NCBI GenBank assembly: GCA_965200265.1 | Contig: OZ241357.1 | Coordinates: forward strand, 194,131 to 258,130 | Length of the DNA stretch: 64,000 nt | Direction: 5' to 3' | From: Alphaproteobacteria bacterium | GTDB lineage: Bacteria; Pseudomonadota; Alphaproteobacteria; UBA2966 | In this document: positions 1 through 8,354 of the stretch, in pieces | Numbering within the stretch: position 1 is the first letter of the stretch | Layout of the letters: each line of letters opens with the position of its first letter | The notes under the pieces: generated by a model | What the model was told of the DNA's origin: nothing | Database searches by the model: none | The model's input: only the letters and a program-made list of their open reading frames with translations | Translations under genes and position numbers: made by a program

Positions 1-220
1 GAAGCGAGATATGGCCGCCCATGTCCACGAGGTTCTCGTAGAAATTGACCCCGCCGTCGCCGACCGTGCGGTAATCCGAAAACACGTGCACGGTGTGCAG
101 GTCGACCATCTCCTCGGCGTCGAACGCCTCCCCCATCTTCAGGAGATGTTCCATGGCGTGCTGGACGGCCGGTCCTTCGCCGCCATCGAGCTTGCGCTTG
201 TCGGCATCGGTGAGATTCAT
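1..220 (-). CDS. AcnX-type (DUF521) hydratase/dehydratase large subunit, N-terminal part; gene continues beyond window start
   Basis: Reverse-complement of 1..220 reads MNLTDADKRKLDGGEGPAVQHAMEHLLKMGEAFDAEEMVDLHTVHVF..., matching the conserved AcnX/DUF521 N-terminus (LT..E..LDGE.G.A...AM). ATG at 220 is preceded by GGGAGG. Not in the ORF track because it is truncated by the window edge. Confidence 0.5.
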   Translation of the reverse strand, partial: MNLTDADKRKLDGGEGPAVQHAMEHLLKMGEAFDAEEMVDLHTVHVFSDYRTVGDGGVNFYENLVDMGGHISL

Positions 221-369
221 GCGTCGCCTCCCTGGACCCGTGGTTGCCGGTCGCCGCGATACTACCACACCGTTTCCCCGGACGACCAACACGGGTGTCT
301 CACATATCGTGAACGAGGACACCGCCTTGCCTTCGCACGGCGTTCGGCTATCCTCGGCCTCCTGACGTC

Positions 370-1521
370 ATGATCGCCCTCAAGGAAATCTGCTGCGTCA
401 CCGGCATCGGCGAGACCGCCTACACGCGGGGTTCCGACAAGAGCGCCGTCGCGCTCCAGATGGAAGCCGCGCTCGCCGCCATCGCCGACGCCGGCCTGTC
501 GCCCCGGGACGTCGACGGGATCATCCCGTTCGCCACGGGGGCGGCGGTGGCCGAGGACTTCGTCACCAACTTCGGCATCGAGGACCTGCGGTATTCGGTG
601 ACGGCGCCCATGGGCGGCGCCAGTTGCGTCGCCGCCATCCAGTCCGCCGCCGCCGCGATCGCCGCCGGCATCGCCACCCACGTCCTGCTGCCCATGGGGC
701 GCCGGGGCTATTCGGGGCCGCGCGCCGCCGCGCGCGTCGCGGCGTTCCCCCAGTTCCGGATCGTCGGCGAGTTCGAGATGCCCGCCGGGGCCGTGGCGCC
801 GGTGCAGCTTTACGCGCCCATGGCGCGCCGCCACATGGCGCTCCACGGCACCACCAGCCGCCAGTTCGCCGAGATCGCGGTGACCATGCGCGAGCACGCG
901 ATTCTCAACGGCAACGCCGTGATGACCAGGCCGATCACCGTCGAGGACCATCAGCGTTCGCGCATGATCTCCGATCCGTTCCGCCTGTTCGACTGTAGCG
1001 TCGAAAGCGACGGAGGCGCGGCCGTGGTGATCAGCGGCGCCGAGCGCGCCCGCGACATGCGCCGGAAGCCGGTCTACGTCATGGGCGTCGCCGAGGGGCA
1101 CCCCGATTCGCCGAGCGCCATCACCCAGCGTCCCGACCTGACCGTTCTCGGCCTCGCCAAGGCGGCGCCCCGGGCCTTCCGGATGGCGGGCGTCGGCGTC
1201 GACGACATCGACGTCGCCCAGATCTACGACTGCTTCACCTACACGGTGCTGTGCCAGATCGAGGACATGGGATTCTGCGCCAAGGGCGAGGGCGGGGCCT
1301 TCGTCGAGGACGGCGCCCTCGGCCTCGGCGGACGGTTGCCGACCAACACCCACGGCGGACTCCTGTCGCAGTCCCACATGGCCGGAATGAACCACGTCGT
1401 CGAACTGACCCGCCAGCTGCGCGGCGACGGCGGCGACGCCCAGGTCCCCGGCGCCGAGATCGGCCTCGTCACCGGCTATGGCGACATGGGCGATGGGTCC
1501 ATCGCCATCATGCGGCGGTAA
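370..1521 (+). CDS. thiolase-like protein, SCP-x / nonspecific lipid-transfer protein family
   Basis: 383-aa ORF with a thiolase fold signature (CVAAIQSAAAAIAAG, C-terminal GGLLSQSHMAGMNHVVE...GYGDMGDG) typical of SCP-x-type thiolases that pair with DUF35 proteins. Confidence 0.8.
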   Translation: MIALKEICCVTGIGETAYTRGSDKSAVALQMEAALAAIADAGLSPRDVDGIIPFATGAAVAEDFVTNFGIEDLRYSVTAPMGGASCVAAIQSAAAAIAAGIATHVLLPMGRRGYSGPRAAARVAAFPQFRIVGEFEMPAGAVAPVQLYAPMARRHMALHGTTSRQFAEIAVTMREHAILNGNAVMTRPITVEDHQRSRMISDPFRLFDCSVESDGGAAVVISGAERARDMRRKPVYVMGVAEGHPDSPSAITQRPDLTVLGLAKAAPRAFRMAGVGVDDIDVAQIYDCFTYTVLCQIEDMGFCAKGEGGAFVEDGALGLGGRLPTNTHGGLLSQSHMAGMNHVVELTRQLRGDGGDAQVPGAEIGLVTGYGDMGDGSIAIMRR

Positions 1522-1526
1522 CGCCG

Positions 1527-1961
1527 GTGAGCCCGCCCGCCGACGACCGGCTCCTGCCGCGGCCGACGGAGGACTCCCGTCCCTTCTGGGACGCCCTGCG
1601 CTCCCGTCGCCTCGACCTTCAGACCTGCGCCGACTGCGGGACCGTGCGCCACTACCCGCGCCCGGTCTGCCCCGCCTGCCATTCCATGGCGGTCGCTTGG
1701 ACGACGGCGTCCGGCCGGGGCGTCGTGCACAGCTGGACGGTCTCGCACCAGGCCTTTCACCCGGCCTTCGAGGATCGCTTGCCGATCGTCCTGGCGACGG
1801 TCGACCTGGAGGAAGGCGTGCGCATGAACTGCCGCCTGGACGGCGTCGCGCCCGAGGAGATCGAGATCGGCCTGCCGGTCGAGGTCGCCTTCGAGGACGT
1901 GGGCGACGGGGTGACGCTGCCCTGCTTCCGGCCTCGGGACGCCCGGCGCGGCGGTCCCTGA
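1527..1961 (+). CDS. DUF35 OB-fold / Zn-ribbon protein, partner of SCP-x thiolase
   Basis: GTG start 6 nt after the thiolase stop, in frame with the tail of ORF 1251..1961. Sequence FWDALRSRRLDLQTCADCGTVRHYPRPVCPACHS gives a C4 zinc ribbon followed by an OB-fold, as in DUF35. Confidence 0.7.
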   Translation: MSPPADDRLLPRPTEDSRPFWDALRSRRLDLQTCADCGTVRHYPRPVCPACHSMAVAWTTASGRGVVHSWTVSHQAFHPAFEDRLPIVLATVDLEEGVRMNCRLDGVAPEEIEIGLPVEVAFEDVGDGVTLPCFRPRDARRGGP

Positions 1962-2028
1962 GCGCCCCGCCGCCGAAGGTCCGTCGCGTGTCCCTGCCCA
2001 CCCCCGGCGCGGCCGTCGTCCGGATCGA

Positions 2029-3252
2029 ATGATGGCAAGCCGTCCCGCGTTCGTGCTCCTCTGCGGGACCCTGATCGTCTTCGTCTCCCTGGGGATACGC
2101 AACAGTTTCGGCGTCTTCCTGCGGCCCGTCAGCCTCGACCTCGGCTGGGGCCGGGAGGCCCTGTCGCTGGCCCTGGCGACGCAGGCCCTGCTGGTGGGGG
2201 CCGCCGCGCCCCTCGCCGGAATGCTCGCCCACCGCTGGGGCGCGCCCCGGATCATCATGATCGGCGGCCTGCTGTTCTCGTCCGGCGTGTTCCTGATGGC
2301 GCGGTCGACCACGCCCGAGGGCATGTTCGCGAGCGGCGGCGTGCTCGCCGGCCTCGGCCTCGGCGCCTGCGGTTTTCCCCTGGTCCTCGCCGTCGTCGGC
2401 CAGATCGCGCCGGAAGCCAGACGAAGCCTGTGGCTGGGAATCGTGTCGGCCGGCGGCGTCGGAGGCCAGCTCTTCCTCATCCCGCTGAGCCAGTTCCTGG
2501 TGTCCGCCTACGACTGGTTCGTCGGCCTGACGACGCTGGCCCTGATCGCCGGAGTCATCGTCCCGCTCGCCTTTTCGGCCTCGCGCGCACACGCCTTCCG
2601 CGTTTCCGGGACGGCTGGCGGAGACGCGGCCATCGGCCTCGCCGCGGCGCTGCGGGAGGCTGCGGGCCACCGCGGCTTCCTGCTGCTGACGGCCGGATTC
2701 TGCGTGTGCGGGTTCCAGGTCCAGTTCCTGGGCACGCATCTGCCGGCCTACCTCGTCGACATGGGGCTCGGCGCCTATTTCGGCGCCTCGATGCTGGTGG
2801 TCATCGCGTTCGCCAACATGCTCGGCGGCGTGAGCTTCGGCTATCTCGGAGGGCGCTTCTCCAAGAAGAACCTCCTGAGTGCGATCTACATGGCGCGGGC
2901 CGTCGCGATCTGCGCCTTCGTCGCGCTGCCCGTCACCCATGCCTCGGTCGTCGCGTTCGCCGCGGTGATCGGGTTCCTGTGGCTGTGCACCATCCCGTTG
3001 ACGGTCGGTCTCGTCGGACAGATTTTCGGCCTGCGGTACGTGGCCGTGCTGTACGGCATCACGTTCTTCAGCCACCAGATCGGCAGCTTCACCGGCGTCT
3101 GGCTGGGCGGCCGGCTGTTCGATTCGACCGGAAGCTACGGCGCGATCTGGTGGCTCCTCGTCGGCCTCGGCGTCGTCGCGTCCGTCCTGCACATGCCGAT
3201 CGACGACCGGCCCGTGCCGCGCCTAACCGTCCCGCTGCGGCCGCTGCGATGA
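2029..3252 (+). CDS. MFS transporter
   Basis: 407 aa with about 12 hydrophobic helices and a conserved G-x-L-a-D-r-w-G-like motif (GMLAHRWGAPR) after TM2. Confidence 0.8.
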   Translation: MMASRPAFVLLCGTLIVFVSLGIRNSFGVFLRPVSLDLGWGREALSLALATQALLVGAAAPLAGMLAHRWGAPRIIMIGGLLFSSGVFLMARSTTPEGMFASGGVLAGLGLGACGFPLVLAVVGQIAPEARRSLWLGIVSAGGVGGQLFLIPLSQFLVSAYDWFVGLTTLALIAGVIVPLAFSASRAHAFRVSGTAGGDAAIGLAAALREAAGHRGFLLLTAGFCVCGFQVQFLGTHLPAYLVDMGLGAYFGASMLVVIAFANMLGGVSFGYLGGRFSKKNLLSAIYMARAVAICAFVALPVTHASVVAFAAVIGFLWLCTIPLTVGLVGQIFGLRYVAVLYGITFFSHQIGSFTGVWLGGRLFDSTGSYGAIWWLLVGLGVVASVLHMPIDDRPVPRLTVPLRPLR

Positions 3253-3429
3253 AGGCGAGGGCCGTCCGGCGATGGCCTCGCGCAAGCCTTCAAGCAAGCC
3301 TTCCAGCTTGGCGACCCGTTCCCCGAGGTTGCGCATGTCTCGGTGCAGGCCCCACAGGAATCCGAGAATCGCGAGAGCCGCGACGAGGATCACGTAATCG
3401 ATGCCGATGGCGGCGGTCTCGGGAGACAT
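3223..3429 (-). CDS. small hypothetical membrane/coiled-coil protein
   Basis: 68-aa ORF with one clear TM helix (IDYVILVAALAILGFLWGL) and a heptad-like C-terminus. It overlaps the MFS 3' end convergently by 30 nt. Weak support. Confidence 0.3.
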   Translation of the reverse strand: MSPETAAIGIDYVILVAALAILGFLWGLHRDMRNLGERVAKLEGLLEGLREAIAGRPSPSSQRPQRDG

Positions 3430-3499
3430 GGCGATCCCTGCGTGCGTCGCGGGCCGGAGGCGCTGCGTGTGTGTCAGGGTAGGGTGCGCGCCGGCAGCG

Positions 3500-4447
3500 T
3501 CAAGAGCAAGGGAATCGGTCGCCGCCGGCCGCCTTCGCGGCCACGATGGCGGCGATGAAGGCCGCCGCCAGACGCGCCTCGGGCGGGTCGGCCCGCGACG
3601 TCAGCACGATCGGCACCTTGGCGCCCATGACCACGCCGGCCGCCGTGGCGCTCATGAAGTAGACCATCTGCTTGAACAGGATGTTGCCGGCCTCGATGTT
3701 GGGCACGACGAGGATGTCGGCCTTGCCCGCGACCGGGCCACCGATGCCCTTCAGCCGGGCGGCCTCGGGCGACACCGCATTGTCGAAGCCGAAGGGACCG
3801 TCGACCACGGCGCCCGTCACCGCGCCGCCGGCCGCGCGGGCGGCGACCTCCGCGGCCTGGACGCTCGACGGCATGGCGGGGTTCGCGACCTCGGCGCCCG
3901 AGAGGAGCGCCACGCGGGGTTCCCGCGAATCGAGGGCCCGGGCGAGCTCGACGGCGTTGTTGACGATGTCGAGCATCTCGTCCGCGTCGGGCCGGATGTT
4001 GACCACCGCGTCGGTGACGTGGAGCACGCCGTCGCGGCCCGGGGCCGTCATGTGGAAGACGTGGCTCGCGCGGCGACCCGCGCGGAGGCCGGCGTCCCGG
4101 CGCAGGACCGCGCGCATCAGCGCGTCGGTGTGCACGTGGCCCTTCATGATCGCCGCCGCCTCGCTGCCCCTGGCGAGCGCCGCCGCCGCCGCCGCCTTCC
4201 CGGTCTCGTCCACCGCCTCGACGACGCGGACCCCGTCCAGGTCCCAGCCGGCCCCGGCGGCGAGGGAGCGGATGGCGTCCGCCTCGCCGATCAGCACGGG
4301 CTCGATGGCGCCCGATTCGGCGGCCCGTCGCGCACTTTCGAGGGCGACCGGATGATCGGCGCCCGCCACCGCCATCGCAACGCGGGGCAGCCCGCGCGCG
4401 AGCTCCCGCAGGTATCCGGGAACCTCGAACGGCTCGGTGCTCAGCAT
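3500..4447 (-). CDS. pta: phosphate acetyltransferase (Pta/Ptb family)
   Basis: 315 aa of Pta/Ptb family (PF01515-like: VAGADHPVALESARRA, IMKGHVHTD, LLSGAEVANPAMPS, ADILVVPNIEAGNILFK). Lies immediately downstream of xsc, the classic xsc-pta arrangement. Confidence 0.85.
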   Translation of the reverse strand: MLSTEPFEVPGYLRELARGLPRVAMAVAGADHPVALESARRAAESGAIEPVLIGEADAIRSLAAGAGWDLDGVRVVEAVDETGKAAAAAALARGSEAAAIMKGHVHTDALMRAVLRRDAGLRAGRRASHVFHMTAPGRDGVLHVTDAVVNIRPDADEMLDIVNNAVELARALDSREPRVALLSGAEVANPAMPSSVQAAEVAARAAGGAVTGAVVDGPFGFDNAVSPEAARLKGIGGPVAGKADILVVPNIEAGNILFKQMVYFMSATAAGVVMGAKVPIVLTSRADPPEARLAAAFIAAIVAAKAAGGDRFPCS

Positions 4448-4541
4448 GGTCCGCGCCTCGCGGAAACGGGCCGTGCAACGTGCCGCGCCGACGGAGCGCG
4501 ACCGCGGGGCGGCGATGTGGGCGGCGTGCGCGGCGGGCCGC

Positions 4542-6323
4542 CTACGCGCCGGCCTGGGGCCGCATGTCCGCCGGGTCGATGCCGGCGACCCTGACCGGCG
4601 CCGTCATCGCGTCGCGGCGGAACGGCTCGCCCAGCTCCTGGTTCAGGACGACCTCGATGAAGGTGGTCTCGCCCCTCTCCATCTGCCCGTCGATCGCGTC
4701 CGCCAACGCCCGCGTCAGCTCACCCGTGGTCGTCACCTGGACGCCCTTGAGGCCGCAGGCCTCGGCGATCCTGGCGAATCGCACGTCGAGGTCGAGCTCG
4801 GTGCCGACGAAGTTGTCGTCGAACCACAACGTGGTGTTCCGCTTCTCGGCGCCCCACTGGTAGTTGCGGAAGACGATCATCGTGATCGGCGGCCACTCGT
4901 CGCGGCCGCAGGACGACATCTCGTTCATGGAGATGCCGAAGGCGCCGTCGCCGGCGAAACCGACCACCGGCGTGTCGGGCCTGGCGATCTTCGCCCCGAC
5001 GATCGCCGGGAAGCCGTACCCGCACGGGCCGAACAGGCCCGGCGCCAGGTACTTGCGGCCCTCCTCGAAGGTCGGATAGGCGTTGCCGATGGCGCAGTTG
5101 TTGCCGATGTCCGACGAGATGATCGCCTCCCGGGGCAGGGCCGCCTGGATGGCCCGCCACGCCATGCGCGGGCTCATGCGGTCGGGCTGGGCGGTGCGGG
5201 CGCGTTCGTTCCAGGTCGTTCCGGGGTCGTCCTCCTCGTGGTCCATCGACGACAGCAGCTGCAGCCAGGCGGATTTCGTCCGCGCGACGACGTCCTCGCG
5301 CTCCTCGCGCCCCTCGTCGCCGGCCGTGGCGGACAGACTGGCGAGGAGTTGCTCGGCGACGGCCCTGGCGTCGCCCTGGATGGCCACGGTCACCGGCTTG
5401 GTCAGGCCGATGCGGTCGGAATTGATGTCGACCTGGATCAGCTTCGCGTCCGCGGGCCAGTATTCGATCCCGTAGCAGGGCAGGGTCGAGAAGGGGTTGA
5501 GGCGGGTGCCGAGAGCCAGGACGACGTCGGCCTTCGAGACGAGCTCCATGGCGGCTTTCGAGCCGTTGTAGCCGAGCGGACCGACCGACAGCGGGTGGCT
5601 GCCCGGGAAGGCGTCGTTGTGCTGGTAGTTGCAGCACACCGGGGCCGACAGCTTCTCGGCGAGCTCGACCGACGCCTGGATGCCGCCGGACAGCACCACG
5701 CCGGCGCCGTTCAGCATCACCGGGAACCTGGCCCTGGACAGCAGCGCGGCCGCTTCCTCGATGGCCGCCGCGCCGCCGCGCGGGCGCTCCAGGCGCACGA
5801 TCCGCGGCAGCTCGATGTCGACGACGCGCGTCCAGTAGTCGCGCGGGACGTTGATCTGGGCCGGCGCCGCCAGCCGGAAGGCGTTCTCGATGACGCGGTT
5901 CAGCACCTCGGCCATACGCGAGGGATCGCGGACCTCCTCCTGATAGCAGACCATGTCCTCGAACAGCTTCATCTGCTCGATTTCCTGGAAGCCGCCCTGA
6001 CCGATGGTCTTGTTGGCGGCCTGCGGCGTCACCAGCAGCAGCGGCGTGTGGTTCCAGTACGCGGTCTTCACCGGCGTCACGAAGTTGGTGATGCCGGGGC
6101 CGTTCTGCGCCACCATCATGCACATCTTGCCCGAGGCGCGGGTGTAGCCGTCGGCCATCATGCCGGCGTTGCACTCGTGCGCGCAGTCCCAGAACGTGAT
6201 CCCCGCCGCGGGAAAGAGATCGGAGATGGGCATCATCGCCGAGCCGATGATCCCGAAGGCGTGTTCGATGCCGTGCATCTGAAGCACCTTCACGAAGGCT
6301 TCTTCCGTGGTCATCCTGGTCAT
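4542..6323 (-). CDS. xsc: sulfoacetaldehyde acetyltransferase (ThDP-dependent)
   Basis: The ORF track gives 661 aa from 6527, but the conserved Xsc N-terminus MTRMTTEEAFVKVLQMHGIEHAFGIIGSAMMPISDLF begins at ATG 6323 with GGGAGGG upstream. ThDP-binding motifs are present (GDGAFG...NEM). The 68-aa upstream extension is Pro/Gly/Arg-rich and looks like read-through, not protein. Confidence 0.9.
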   Translation of the reverse strand: MTRMTTEEAFVKVLQMHGIEHAFGIIGSAMMPISDLFPAAGITFWDCAHECNAGMMADGYTRASGKMCMMVAQNGPGITNFVTPVKTAYWNHTPLLLVTPQAANKTIGQGGFQEIEQMKLFEDMVCYQEEVRDPSRMAEVLNRVIENAFRLAAPAQINVPRDYWTRVVDIELPRIVRLERPRGGAAAIEEAAALLSRARFPVMLNGAGVVLSGGIQASVELAEKLSAPVCCNYQHNDAFPGSHPLSVGPLGYNGSKAAMELVSKADVVLALGTRLNPFSTLPCYGIEYWPADAKLIQVDINSDRIGLTKPVTVAIQGDARAVAEQLLASLSATAGDEGREEREDVVARTKSAWLQLLSSMDHEEDDPGTTWNERARTAQPDRMSPRMAWRAIQAALPREAIISSDIGNNCAIGNAYPTFEEGRKYLAPGLFGPCGYGFPAIVGAKIARPDTPVVGFAGDGAFGISMNEMSSCGRDEWPPITMIVFRNYQWGAEKRNTTLWFDDNFVGTELDLDVRFARIAEACGLKGVQVTTTGELTRALADAIDGQMERGETTFIEVVLNQELGEPFRRDAMTAPVRVAGIDPADMRPQAGA

Positions 6324-6523
6324 GTCTGGCAGCCCTCCCTGGCCGCGGCCGTCCCGTCCCGCCGTTTGCGGCGGAGTCTTACGCCATCGTCCCGGTCCGG
6401 GCAAGGTGACGGCGGGCGAGGCTCGATGGCCTGCGCGACATGCGGGCGACACCCCGCGCGGGCCTCGCGCGACGTGACCGAACGGACCGGATGCGGGAAC
6501 GCCCGGCCCCCCGGACGGCGCGA

Positions 6524-7156
6524 TCACCCCGAGACGTTGCGCAGGTCGCGCCCGTCGGCGATGCGCTTCTTGCCGGTGAGCGCGTTGGAGGCGAACTGAG
6601 GCCAGAACGTCCGGCCGTGCGGACCCTCGAACCCGATGGAGCCCGAGAGGTACTCGACGCAGAGGTCGACGATCCCGCCGTCCTCCTGATGCCAGGCGAC
6701 CCGCTCGACCATGCGCTTGCGGTAGACGCGCGCGTCCCGCTCCTGGACGTGCCTCCCCCAGAAGAAGGCGCCGGCGCCGATGGCGAGACAGATCAGGGCG
6801 CCCTGCCAGAGGACCGGGCCGAACAGCGACGCGAGCGCCGCGCCGACGACGGCCGTCACCACGCCGATGCCGAGCAGGATGATGCCGGCGCCCCGGTACA
6901 TGTGGAAGTTCGACAGGCTCGGATACTTCACCGAATGGAAGAACGGATCGGCGACCAGCAGGACGTCCCCCTCCGCCACCGCGTCGCGGATGCCGTCCCA
7001 GTTCTTCCAGATGTCCTCGGCCGCCTTCATGGCGGGACCCGGAAGATCCCGGTTGAACGTCTCGTTCACCCGGACGCGGACGTACTCGAACGCCGGCTTG
7101 ACGAACGGCTCCTCGTCTTCGCCGCCCTCGTCGTCGAAGGACCGGGGTTCGCTCAT
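6524..7156 (-). CDS. conserved hypothetical membrane protein with an acidic N-terminus and two TM helices
   Basis: Real start is MSEPRSFDDEGGEDEEPF; the ATG overlaps the stop of the upstream CoA-transferase gene as ATGA. It has a central hydrophobic hairpin (GAGIILLGIGVVTAVVGAALASLFGPVLWQGALICLAIGAGAFFWG). No family recognised. Not TauE/DUF81-like (too few TM helices). Confidence 0.55.
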   Translation of the reverse strand: MSEPRSFDDEGGEDEEPFVKPAFEYVRVRVNETFNRDLPGPAMKAAEDIWKNWDGIRDAVAEGDVLLVADPFFHSVKYPSLSNFHMYRGAGIILLGIGVVTAVVGAALASLFGPVLWQGALICLAIGAGAFFWGRHVQERDARVYRKRMVERVAWHQEDGGIVDLCVEYLSGSIGFEGPHGRTFWPQFASNALTGKKRIADGRDLRNVSG

Positions 7157-8334
7157 ACGACGCCCTCGGCCTTCAGGCGCTCGACGTCTGCCGGCGTGTA
7201 GCCGAGCTCGGACAGCACTTCCGCCGTGTGCTCGCCGTGGCCGGGCGCGTGCCGCCCGACCGTGAACGTGTCGTCGCTGAACTTGATGGGAAAGGCGATC
7301 TGCCTGACGGGGCCGTCGATGGGGTGCTCGGTGTCGACGAACATCTTCCGGTGCCGGAGCTGGGGGTCCTCCATCGCCTCGGCGATCGTCAGGACCGGCG
7401 CGAGGCAGCAGTCGTGCTCCTCGCCGACGGCGATCCAGTGCGACCGGGGCCGGGACCGGAACAGTTCCGCGACCTCCTCCCGCGCCGCCTGCGCCGCGGC
7501 GCCGGACACGACGTGCTTGTCCTTCAGGTCCGGACGAGCAACAGCGTCGCAGAACGCGTGCCAGAACTTCTCCTCCAGCGCGCCCAGCGACATGTAGCGA
7601 CCATCGGCGGTCTCGTAGACGTTGTAACACGGGAGCTCGCCGGAGATGAATCCCTCGCCGCGCCCCAGCGGGCGCCGGTGGGCCAGCATGTTGGTGAACG
7701 GGATGACCGCGTGCGCCAGGGTGCAATCGGTCATGGATACGTCGACGTAGCGCCCTTCGCCGCCGGAACGGGCATCGACGAGCGCGCCCAGGATGCCGAT
7801 GGCGGCGGACGCGCCGCCGCCCAGAACGTCCGCGATCTGGAAGTTCGGAACCACGGGCGGGCCGTCGCGGACGCCGATCTGGTCCGTCACCCCCGCGTAG
7901 GAGCAGTAATTGACGTCGTGGCCGGCCCGCGAGCGGTACGGCCCGTCCTGTCCGTAGCCCGATATGGCGCAGTACACGATCCGCGGGTTGATCCCGCGAA
8001 CGGCCTCGTATCCGATACCCAGCCGGTCGACGACGCCCGGCCGGAACCCTTCGACGACGACGTCGGCGTCACGCGCCAGCGCCAGGAAGATGTCGCGCCC
8101 GGCCTCCGACCGCAGGTCGAGCGCGACCGACCGCTTGTGACGGTTGACGCACAGGAAATACGGGGAGTGGACCGCCTGGAGCGGTTCCTGCCAACGGGCG
8201 TAGTCGCCCGCGTCCGTGTCCTCGATCTTGATCACGTCGGCGCCCATATCGCCGAGGTGCAGCGTGCAGATCGGGCCGGGAAGCAGGCGGGTCAGGTCCA
8301 GGACCCGCACGCCGTGGAGCGGCTTCTCGCGCAT
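7153..8334 (-). CDS. CoA-transferase family III (CaiB/BaiF family)
   Basis: 393 aa starting MREKPLHGVRVLDLTRLLPGPICTLHLGDMGADVIKIE, the family III CoA-transferase N-terminal signature. The ORF track 7153..9954 fuses it with the upstream gene's shadow frame. Confidence 0.85.
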   Translation of the reverse strand: MREKPLHGVRVLDLTRLLPGPICTLHLGDMGADVIKIEDTDAGDYARWQEPLQAVHSPYFLCVNRHKRSVALDLRSEAGRDIFLALARDADVVVEGFRPGVVDRLGIGYEAVRGINPRIVYCAISGYGQDGPYRSRAGHDVNYCSYAGVTDQIGVRDGPPVVPNFQIADVLGGGASAAIGILGALVDARSGGEGRYVDVSMTDCTLAHAVIPFTNMLAHRRPLGRGEGFISGELPCYNVYETADGRYMSLGALEEKFWHAFCDAVARPDLKDKHVVSGAAAQAAREEVAELFRSRPRSHWIAVGEEHDCCLAPVLTIAEAMEDPQLRHRKMFVDTEHPIDGPVRQIAFPIKFSDDTFTVGRHAPGHGEHTAEVLSELGYTPADVERLKAEGVV

Positions 8335-8354
8335 CGACGCCCGGCCCCGAAGCC

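Noticed and set aside
262-3192. 976-aa minus-strand ORF spanning the thiolase-like, DUF35 and MFS genes
   Set aside because: Extremely Arg/Gly/Asp/Pro-rich low-complexity translation, antisense to three well-supported genes. A typical GC-rich shadow frame.
3474-4478. 334-aa minus-strand ORF (RGG-rich) overlapping pta in another frame
   Set aside because: Low-complexity Arg/Gly repeats. pta in the alternate frame has clear family motifs.
6324-6527. 68-codon N-terminal extension of xsc given by the ORF track
   Set aside because: The conserved Xsc N-terminus starts at the internal ATG 6323, which has a good RBS. The extension is Pro/Gly/Arg-rich and unconserved-looking.
4437-6599. 720-aa plus-strand ORF antisense to xsc, and the 484-aa alternate minus frame 4720..6174
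   Set aside because: No recognisable domains and biased composition. xsc on the minus strand is unambiguous.
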